Origin: a bacterium
GTDB lineage: Bacteria > Patescibacteriota > Minisyncoccia > Portnoybacterales > GWB1-42-6
Length of the DNA: 64,000 nt
Assembly (NCBI GenBank): GCA_043800535.1
Contig: JAZDMV010000026.1
Span: 5,781 to 69,780 of the forward strand
Direction: 5' to 3'
Shown here: piece by piece, positions 56,933 to 64,000 of the stretch
How the letters are laid out: every line of letters begins with the position of its first letter
How positions within the stretch are numbered: the stretch's first letter is position 1
Position numbers and translations under genes: made by a program
The notes under the pieces: generated by a model
What the model was told of the DNA's origin: nothing
The model's input: the letters and a program-made list of their open reading frames with translations, nothing else
Databases searched by the model: none

Positions 56933-57976
56933 ATGTTCACAAAACGAACATTAGAAGAGTTTGTTGTATTCCTGAAAAAAAATAATTGGGAGGTTTACGG
57001 TCCAAAAAAAGACGAGCAGGAAGGAAGAATATTAGCCGGCCAAATAGACAGATTGGAAGAATTATTAATGGGGAGCGAGCTGCCGTTTTATTCGTTCAAA
57101 AAATTTTTTGTGCCGGAGCAAGAGACGCTCTTTGAATATAATAAAGAGGCTCTGAAGATAAAGATCAATGAAGGCCAAAAAAAAGCTATTTTGGGGATGA
57201 ATATTCTGGATCTGCGGGCGGTCCTGCTTTATGATCAGGTTTTTGAAAAGGACGCGTATTATCATACAAGGCGGCAAAAAATGCTGATTGTCGGGCACAG
57301 CTTAATTCCTCCTGTTTTACAGAATATCTTTGAGGCGATCTTTGAAGAGGACGTTTTGGAACATTTAAGCTTTGATATATTTTTGGCGTCAGGAAACAGG
57401 AAACAGCCCGCCCGCCTGGACTTCGTCCATGCGAAGTCGGGCGGGGATACAGAGAGCGCCGAAGAGTTCGTAGTTTTTACCGGTTCGCCTCTCGGGCAAA
57501 AGATATTGGATGATTTTGGCTATGATGAGTATATCCATATCCAGTTCAGCGGGCCGGTTCGTGAAGGCAAATTGGATGAGCGGATGCTGAAACTGAAAAA
57601 TAATCTTGAGAATAAGCACAATCAAAAAATTTGGGACGAGCTGGGGAAGAGATGCATTGAATGCGGTAAATGCACAATTATCTGCCCGACTTGTTTTTGT
57701 TTTCGCATAGATGATGAGGCGGCCTTAGCCGAAGAAAAAGGCGAGCGTCAGCGCTGCTGGGACGCCTGTTTCTACCAGGAATTTTCAGAGGTTGCGCTTA
57801 GTCATAAATTCTTAAATTCTGCCGCAGCGCGCATCTATTTTTGGTATTTTCATAAATTTGCCAGAATTCCGGAAGAATTCAATTTTATGGGATGCGTGGG
57901 ATGCCACCGATGCGCGGCGGTCTGCCCCGTTGGCATAGATATTGCGGAGGTGCTGAAAGAGATAGAAAGATCATAG
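56933..57976 (+). CDS. group 3b-like hydrogenase beta subunit (4Fe-4S dicluster, AsrA-like)
   Basis: CIECGKCTIICPTCFC and CVGCHRCAAVCP. Confidence 0.92.
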   Translation: MFTKRTLEEFVVFLKKNNWEVYGPKKDEQEGRILAGQIDRLEELLMGSELPFYSFKKFFVPEQETLFEYNKEALKIKINEGQKKAILGMNILDLRAVLLYDQVFEKDAYYHTRRQKMLIVGHSLIPPVLQNIFEAIFEEDVLEHLSFDIFLASGNRKQPARLDFVHAKSGGDTESAEEFVVFTGSPLGQKILDDFGYDEYIHIQFSGPVREGKLDERMLKLKNNLENKHNQKIWDELGKRCIECGKCTIICPTCFCFRIDDEAALAEEKGERQRCWDACFYQEFSEVALSHKFLNSAAARIYFWYFHKFARIPEEFNFMGCVGCHRCAAVCPVGIDIAEVLKEIERS

Positions 57977-58042
57977 ATTACAGATTTACAGATATACAGA
58001 TTGAACTTATCTGTACATCTGTAAAAATCTGTAATCTGTAAA
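57975..58042. repeat. inverted periodic 8-mer repeat
   Basis: (TACAGAT)x3 facing (ATCTGTA)x4. Confidence 0.8.
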
Positions 58043-58044
58043 TT

Positions 58045-58878
58045 ATGTTTAATCCTTACCAAACCAAAACAGCCAAAATAGTCAAAATAACCGATTTGGC
58101 CTTTGGTATTAAGCTTTTTGAATTTGACGCAAAACCAGCGCACGAGCCCGGCCAGTTTATGATGCTTTCGCTGCCAGGTTTTGGCGAAGCGCCGTTTGCG
58201 CCGTGCAATAGGATCGGGAAAAATCTGGAATTGTGTGTGAGAGCCGTTGGACGGTTGACGAACAAGCTGCATTCTTTAAAAACAGGGGATAGAGTCGGTG
58301 TGCGCGGTTCTTACGGAAATGGATGGCCGGTCGCTGGCGCTCAAATTAAAAATGAAAAGTTAAAAGTTAAAAGTTTAGCTGAGAAGAAAAACTTATTAAT
58401 CGTTGTTGGTGGCCTGGGACTGGTGCCTCTGCGAAGTTTAATTATGGACAAAGAAAAATTTCTGGGGCGCGAGGCTCTCGTACAGATTTTTTATGGGGCG
58501 CGGACGCCAGACGATTTTTTATTTAGAGATGAATTTGAGAGCTGGCGGAAAAAAGGAATTGATATCCAACTGACGATAGACAAAGAATGCCCGGAATGGA
58601 GCGATTGCGTTGGGATGGTGCCGGTTCTGTTTGATAAGCGCAACGTAGTCAAGGAAGCGCGGGCATTTTTATGCGGGCCGCCGGTTATGTATAAGTCAGT
58701 TTTGCAGAAAGTGAAGGAACATAAATTCAGAGACGAAGATATTTTTTTATCATTTGAGCGGCGTATGCACTGCGGGGTGGGAGTATGCCAGCATTGCGCG
58801 ATCGGGCCTTTTTACACCTGTAAACAAGGGCCGGTATTCTCGTACGATAAAATAAAAAATATTCAAGGCGCAATTTAA
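58045..58878 (+). CDS. group 3b-like hydrogenase gamma subunit (FAD/NAD-binding, 2Fe-2S)
   Basis: PGQF, GEAP, GGLGLVPLRS, CGPPVM, MHCGVGVCQHC. Confidence 0.93.
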   Translation: MFNPYQTKTAKIVKITDLAFGIKLFEFDAKPAHEPGQFMMLSLPGFGEAPFAPCNRIGKNLELCVRAVGRLTNKLHSLKTGDRVGVRGSYGNGWPVAGAQIKNEKLKVKSLAEKKNLLIVVGGLGLVPLRSLIMDKEKFLGREALVQIFYGARTPDDFLFRDEFESWRKKGIDIQLTIDKECPEWSDCVGMVPVLFDKRNVVKEARAFLCGPPVMYKSVLQKVKEHKFRDEDIFLSFERRMHCGVGVCQHCAIGPFYTCKQGPVFSYDKIKNIQGAI

Positions 58879-58881
58879 AAT

Positions 58882-58992
58882 ATGGACTGGAAAGAAATTT
58901 TGGGCGAAGAAATACATGAAATGGGGCCGTTTATGCTTATGGCTTTGCTGTTTTTTGGCGGCCTTATCGCAGTAATCATTAAGACGCTATAA
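58882..58992 (+). CDS. 36 aa single-TM protein
   Basis: MDWKEILGEEIHEMGPFMLMALLFFGGLIAVIIKTL*; fills the gap between neighbours almost exactly. Confidence 0.6.
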   Translation: MDWKEILGEEIHEMGPFMLMALLFFGGLIAVIIKTL

Positions 58993-58994
58993 AG

Positions 58995-59225
58995 ATGTGT
59001 TTAACAATTCCAAAACAGGTTATATCAGTTAAAGGAAGCGTTGTTTGTGTCAGGTCAGCCAAAGGCCAGCAGGAAGTTGGCAGTTTGGTTAAGGCAAAAA
59101 AAGGCGATTGGGTTTTGACGCAGAATGATGTTATTATCAGAAAAATTAGCCAAAAACAAGCAGAAGAGATCGACATGTTAATGTCGTCCCGAGGCGCGAA
59201 GCGACGAAGGGATCCCGTCCGATAA
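58995..59225 (+). CDS. hypC: HypC/HupF family hydrogenase maturation protein
   Basis: MCLTIP start, GDWVL; C-terminus runs into a REP-like repeat. Confidence 0.8.
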   Translation: MCLTIPKQVISVKGSVVCVRSAKGQQEVGSLVKAKKGDWVLTQNDVIIRKISQKQAEEIDMLMSSRGAKRRRDPVR

Positions 59226-59275
59226 CTACGGGATTGCTTCGTTACTACGTTTCTCGCAATGACGATTTGGAAAAT

Positions 59276-60187
59276 ATGAATAAAAAAGGCCTGCTTTTAG
59301 TTTTTTTTACCGCTGTAATTTCCGGTTTTTCGATTTTTATCAATAAATACGGGATTAGCGGGACTGATCCCTATATCTTTACTTTTTTGAAAAACGTGAT
59401 GGTTGCCGTAGTTCTTAGCGGATTCGTACTGCTGGCAAAGGAATGGCGACAACTGGCTAAGCTGACAAAGAAACAATGGCTGATTCTTGTGACAATCGGT
59501 TTTGTGGGTGGCGGTCTGGCCTTTTTGCTTTTTTTCAAAGGGTTGTCCATCACTTCAGCCGCGCAGGGCTCGTTCGTTCATAAAACGATGTTTGTTTATA
59601 CAATGGTTTTGGCCGCGATTTTTTTGCGTGAAAAAATAAGGAAAGAGATGATAATCGGAGGCCTGTTGATTCTGGCGGGGAATTTGCTGGCTTTAAAAAC
59701 CCTTAATTTGTCTTTTAATCGCGGAGATTTTTATGTATTCTTGGCGACGCTGCTTTGGGCGGCTGAAAGTATCATATCAAAATACGTCCTCAGGGATTTG
59801 TCGGCTAAAATTGTGGCTTGGGGCAGAATGTTTTTTGGAGCTGTTTTGATTTTGATTTTTTTGGCTGCAAACGGCCAGCTGGCGATGATCGGTCATATTA
59901 GCTTTGAGCAGACGCTTTGGATTGAGATCACTTCTTTGATCTTGTTTGGCTATGTCATAACTTGGTACAGCGGCCTAAAATATGTTTCTGTTTCTGCGGC
60001 GGCAAGTGTTTTGATTTTGGGTTCGCCCATCACGATTTTTCTGGCTTTTGCCGCCACCGGGAAAATAAGTTTTGGAGAAATTATTTCAAGCGGCTTAATT
60101 ATGAGCGGCTTGGCAATGATTTTGGGATTTCAATATATTTTAGAAAGAATAAAACAGCTGAAAGGCAAAATTAATGTCAGGGCTTAA
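59276..60187 (+). CDS. DMT/EamA family transporter
   Basis: ten TMs in two repeats, FLREKI. Confidence 0.9.
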   Translation: MNKKGLLLVFFTAVISGFSIFINKYGISGTDPYIFTFLKNVMVAVVLSGFVLLAKEWRQLAKLTKKQWLILVTIGFVGGGLAFLLFFKGLSITSAAQGSFVHKTMFVYTMVLAAIFLREKIRKEMIIGGLLILAGNLLALKTLNLSFNRGDFYVFLATLLWAAESIISKYVLRDLSAKIVAWGRMFFGAVLILIFLAANGQLAMIGHISFEQTLWIEITSLILFGYVITWYSGLKYVSVSAAASVLILGSPITIFLAFAATGKISFGEIISSGLIMSGLAMILGFQYILERIKQLKGKINVRA

Positions 60188-60959
60188 GATAGCTGCACTT
60201 TACGGACTGGCGCCGCATCGGCTTGGCCTCTGCGGACCGAAGGAAGCGGCGCGACAGAATATTTTGCGGAGGTTTCTTGGAGGTAAAGTGCAGGCAGCAA
60301 AAGCTAGGAAGGTCTTGGAAGGTTTCAGAGGTGCTTACCCCTATTATCGGTTGATCGCCAGGAGCAACAAAATAAAAGACCCGCTAAATGAGAAAGTCGT
60401 CAGAGCTTACTGGATAGGCAATAAATTGCTGGATAATGTAAAAAATACGGATTTAAAAAAAATGATTGCGGGTGATTTTTCCAGGCCGGGGCTTCTTTCA
60501 GAAAACATGGCGGCAAAAAAGGCCGAACTAATTGGGCTTCTCGCCAAACCGCATCACAGTTTCCATGTTTTGGCGATTGGCTCGGTGACCGGCAGCGTTG
60601 ATTTTGTAAATACCAAACTGAAAGATATTTGTCGGCCGGGATGGGGGAGAGTGACGCGTAGCGTCATCCCCGCGAAAGCGGGAATCCAGGTTAAGAAATC
60701 TGGATTCCGTGTCAAGCACGGAATGACAAAAAGTGTAGGAAAAATTACCGTCGAATACCAGCCGCTCGTCGGAGAGAAAAGAATAAAACTAGGTAAGCCG
60801 GTCAAAAAAGAGGTTTTCTGGGACAAGACGATTGTACCAGAAATAAAAATAGGGGATTGGGTTTCGTTCCATTGGAACTGGCTAGTCGAGGTTTTAAAAA
60901 GAAAAGATGTCGAAAATTTAAAAAAATACACTTTAAATACACTAAGGTGTCTAAAATAA
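60174..60959 (+). CDS. DUF6390-like protein
   Basis: P..LG.CGP, F.GAYPY, VVRAYWIGN.LL, PHHSFHV, CR..WG, GDWVSFHW.W. Confidence 0.8.
   Translation: MSGLKIAALYGLAPHRLGLCGPKEAARQNILRRFLGGKVQAAKARKVLEGFRGAYPYYRLIARSNKIKDPLNEKVVRAYWIGNKLLDNVKNTDLKKMIAGDFSRPGLLSENMAAKKAELIGLLAKPHHSFHVLAIGSVTGSVDFVNTKLKDICRPGWGRVTRSVIPAKAGIQVKKSGFRVKHGMTKSVGKITVEYQPLVGEKRIKLGKPVKKEVFWDKTIVPEIKIGDWVSFHWNWLVEVLKRKDVENLKKYTLNTLRCLK
60662..60728. repeat. REP-like pair inserted in frame
   Basis: CGTCATCCCCGCGAAAGCGGGAATCCAG ... CTGGATTCCGTGTCAAGCACGGAATGACA encodes VIPAKAGIQ...GFRVKHGMT. Confidence 0.88.
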
Positions 60960-61720
60960 TCAAAAAGCCCACAATCGCGATCGTTTCTCTGACCTGCTGC
61001 GAAGGTTGTCAGGTGGCGATTTTGGATTTGGGCGAAAGATTGCTTGAGCTGACGGAAAAGGTTAAGATCGGCGATTTTGCGATGATCGAGGACGAACCGG
61101 AGGCAGAAAATTTTGATGTCGTTTTTGTTGAAGGCACGCCCATAACTTCAAAAAATATCTCACGGCTGAAAGATCTGCGGAATCGAAGCAAATTTTTAGT
61201 GACTATCGGCGCCTGCGCTTGTCTTGGCGGCATTGCCGAGCTTAAAAATTATCAGGACAAGAACGAGCGCCTGCGTTATGTCTATAAAAATGTTGAGGGC
61301 ATAGAAAACCCGGATATCAAACCCGTCAAACATTACGTCAAGGTTGATTTGGAAATTCCCGGTTGTCCGATAAACAAGGAAGAATTTTTATGGGCGGTTA
61401 AAGAATTAATCTCGGGCGTTGTTCCCAAAATTCCCCAGCGGCCGGTTTGTTATGAATGTCAGCTTAAGCAGAATAAGTGTCTTTTGCAGGAAGGATTGCC
61501 TTGTTTAGGCCCGATGATCTTGGGCGGCTGCGGCGCGCCATGTCCTTCCAGCAACTATCCTTGCGACGGTTGCCGCGGACCGCTAAGGGGTATGAATTTG
61601 AATAATTTTATGAAATCTTTACGCGAACTTTACGGGTGGAATCAGCGAGAAATTGATTTGATAATGCAAAGATTTGGCATGCTGGATGACAGTTACCCGC
61701 AACCGCCGACAGTAAAATAA
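60947..61720 (+). CDS. NiFe hydrogenase small (delta) subunit
   Basis: LTCCEGC, VEG, GACA..GG, IPGCP, VCYEC, CLGP, C.GCRG; GTG start inferred. Confidence 0.93.
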   Translation: MSKIIKKPTIAIVSLTCCEGCQVAILDLGERLLELTEKVKIGDFAMIEDEPEAENFDVVFVEGTPITSKNISRLKDLRNRSKFLVTIGACACLGGIAELKNYQDKNERLRYVYKNVEGIENPDIKPVKHYVKVDLEIPGCPINKEEFLWAVKELISGVVPKIPQRPVCYECQLKQNKCLLQEGLPCLGPMILGGCGAPCPSSNYPCDGCRGPLRGMNLNNFMKSLRELYGWNQREIDLIMQRFGMLDDSYPQPPTVK

Positions 61721-61733
61721 TTTTAAAAAATTC

Positions 61734-62999
61734 ATGCATATAAAAATTGACCATATCGCAAAAATAGAGGGGCATGCCGGATTTGTGGCTGATATTGCCG
61801 GCGGCAATGTTATAAAAGCCAGATTAGATGTGGCCGAAGGCGCACGGTTGCTTGAGGGAATTTTGCAAGGCCGGTCATATGACGAAGTTTCGCAAATAAC
61901 GGCCAGAATCTGCGGCGTTTGCCCTGTTGTGCACACGCTAACGAGTTTAAAGGCGCTTGAATCAGCAATGGGTGTTTCGATATCGGCGCAGACGATACTG
62001 TTGCGTAAACTTATGATGATGGGGCAGATCTTAAACAGCCATGCCCTGCATCTTTTTTTCTTTTCTCTTTCTGATTTTTTTGGATTTAAAAACGACCTGG
62101 CGCTGATTAAAAAATATCCGGGCAGAGCCAAAGAAGCGCTTATCCTGCGGGAATACGGCAATAAGATCATCGAAATTATCGGCGGCCGCTCGATCCATCC
62201 TTTGACGCCGGAAGTAGGCGGTTTCAAGAAACTGCCAGATGAAAAAAAATTAGAGGCGCTCGCGGCGCAAAGCAAAAAAGCGCTTGGCGCCGCCTGCAAT
62301 TTGGCTGAATTTTTTGGTCGGCTTAAATATCCTGATTTTAAAAGAAATTCTCAGTTTATTTGTTTAAGCGCGCCTGATGAGTACGCGATATATGATGGCA
62401 TAGTTCGGACAGGGATCAAAGAGATAGAGCGCGTCAGTAATTTTGTGGGCAAAATTAAAGAGGCGCAGATTGAACAAAGCGCAGTTAAGAGAGCTGGCTG
62501 GCGCGGCGAGCCCTATATGGTTGGTGCATTAGCGCGCTTGAATTGCCAGGCCAAAAATTTGAATCCGAAAGCCAAGACAATTTTTCGCAATACTGACCTT
62601 GTTTTGCCGAGCCAAAATCCATTCCATAATATTCTGGCGCAGGCAATCGAAATGGTGCATTGTGTTGAGGAAAGCCGGAAACTGCTTGAGGAAATAAAAG
62701 AGCAAGGCATTGAATTTGAAAAGCCAGGATTTGAAATAAAAGCAGGCAAAGGGTATGGCGCGATGGAGGCGCCGCGCGGCACGCTTTTTTATTATTATGA
62801 ATTGGGCAGCGATGGTTTGGTAAAAAATGCCAATATCATTACGCCGACTTCGCAGAACCTGGCGCGCCTGGAAAGGGATCTGGCTGAATATCTGCCAAAA
62901 TTGACAAAAGGCAAAACCGCCTGCAAGGAAGAATGCGAGGATCTTATTAAAATGTTGGTTCGGGCGTATGACCCATGCCTGACCTGCGCTACGCACTAA
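61734..62999 (+). CDS. NiFe hydrogenase large (alpha) subunit, group 3b-like
   Basis: KIEGH, L1 RICGVC, EAPRG, L2 DPCLTCATH*. Confidence 0.96.
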   Translation: MHIKIDHIAKIEGHAGFVADIAGGNVIKARLDVAEGARLLEGILQGRSYDEVSQITARICGVCPVVHTLTSLKALESAMGVSISAQTILLRKLMMMGQILNSHALHLFFFSLSDFFGFKNDLALIKKYPGRAKEALILREYGNKIIEIIGGRSIHPLTPEVGGFKKLPDEKKLEALAAQSKKALGAACNLAEFFGRLKYPDFKRNSQFICLSAPDEYAIYDGIVRTGIKEIERVSNFVGKIKEAQIEQSAVKRAGWRGEPYMVGALARLNCQAKNLNPKAKTIFRNTDLVLPSQNPFHNILAQAIEMVHCVEESRKLLEEIKEQGIEFEKPGFEIKAGKGYGAMEAPRGTLFYYYELGSDGLVKNANIITPTSQNLARLERDLAEYLPKLTKGKTACKEECEDLIKMLVRAYDPCLTCATH

Positions 63000-63002
63000 T
63001 GC

Positions 63003-63239
63003 ATGCATGATTTCCATTTAGCCAATCAAATAGTTAAGATCGCGCAGGAATACGCGAAAAAAAACGGGCTGAAAACGGTCAAAAAAATTTGCATCGAGCT
63101 GGGAGATATTATTGAGCATGGGGAAAACATCAGCGCGGCGAACCTGCGGCATAACATAAATCTCTTGATGTCCTGCAAAATACAGATAAAAAAAATAAAA
63201 GGAGACAGCTGGAGGCTTGTCTCGATAGAAGGAGACTAA
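63003..63239 (+). CDS. hypA: short HypA-like nickel chaperone
   Basis: MHD...A..I start and L.SIE end; zinc-finger CxxC pairs absent. Confidence 0.75.
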   Translation: MHDFHLANQIVKIAQEYAKKNGLKTVKKICIELGDIIEHGENISAANLRHNINLLMSCKIQIKKIKGDSWRLVSIEGD

Positions 63240-63240
63240 T

Positions 63241-64000
63241 ATGAGGTTCAGCTCTGCTAAAAGATATCTTTCAAACAAAATTGATTTAAGACTGGGCACA
63301 TGCTTAAGCGGACTTGATTATGTGGGGTTGATAATTACGCGAACATGCAATTTTAAGTGTCCAAATTGCGATTCTTGGAAGAAACAGGATATTGGTGAGT
63401 TATCGCAGGCAGAATGGCTAAAGGTGTTGGAAGAAGTGTCTGGCCTCAGGCCTTATATAGAATTTACCGGCGGTGAACCTCTTATTAAAAAAGATTTGGT
63501 GTTTGCCTTGGCCAGCGAGGGGAGAAGGTCGGGACTCACCATGTGCCTTAACACAAATGGATCTCTGATAGATGAGCAGGTCGCTGATGATATTATAAGT
63601 TCTGGATTACGAATGGTAAAAGTCTCTTTATACAGTCTTAATGAATCTATCCACAACACGCTTAGGGGAGTGAGGAATGCCGGGGCTCGGGCAAAAGAAT
63701 CATTAAATATTTTAAGAAATAAAAACGCAGATAAGAAGATAAAGATACAGATAGGTTTTTTGTTGACAGGGTTGAACATAGATGGAATAAATGAAATAAT
63801 TGATTTTGCGTCAAGAAACAATTTTGAGCTGGCCATACAGGTTTTGGATTTTGTTATTGAACGTCAATATGAGCAGGACTGGGAAAAAAAATCTGAAATA
63901 TGGCCAACGGCAGAACAGCTTGGAAAATACTTAAAGCCGCTTGTTGTCAAAAAACCGAGTTGCGTAATAAATCAAAAATTCCATTTAAAATTAATTTATG
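63241..64000 (+). CDS. radical SAM protein (truncated by window end)
   Basis: CNFKCPNC, FTGGEP, LNTNG. Confidence 0.9.
   Translation, partial: MRFSSAKRYLSNKIDLRLGTCLSGLDYVGLIITRTCNFKCPNCDSWKKQDIGELSQAEWLKVLEEVSGLRPYIEFTGGEPLIKKDLVFALASEGRRSGLTMCLNTNGSLIDEQVADDIISSGLRMVKVSLYSLNESIHNTLRGVRNAGARAKESLNILRNKNADKKIKIQIGFLLTGLNIDGINEIIDFASRNNFELAIQVLDFVIERQYEQDWEKKSEIWPTAEQLGKYLKPLVVKKPSCVINQKFHLKLIY

Overview
Gene-dense bacterial chromosome segment, most likely from a Patescibacteria/CPR (Parcubacteria-like) genome. This assignment is inferred from the VirB2/TrbC-like pilin cluster, tRNA-Ile(UAU), mostly SD-less AT-rich leaders and a group 3b-like NiFe hydrogenase. It carries housekeeping genes (cca, nusA, hppA, tig, clpP, rny, hup, rplS, ftsH, rpsA, gyrA, apt, mtnP, mutM, lemA), nine intact tRNAs, a MacAB-like exporter, a polysaccharide cluster and a hydrogenase operon. 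The most unusual signal is non-coding: a family of 69-155 bp elements bounded by CCCC...GGGG inverted repeats whose stems differ between copies but are complementary within each copy. Two of them split a tRNA gene (Leu-GAG in the T-loop, Val-GAC in the anticodon loop) and carry inside a complete tRNA of the same anticodon with a different acceptor stem, giving a tRNA nested in a tRNA. Two further loci (Val-TAC, Arg) are decayed versions broken at identical positions. Other copies insert in frame in proteins, duplicate stop codons, or rebuild a start codon or a tRNA 5' end. Separate palindrome families flank a GIY-YIG gene and a DUF559 gene and have empty derivatives. No CRISPR array, rRNA, prophage, integrase or transposase was seen.
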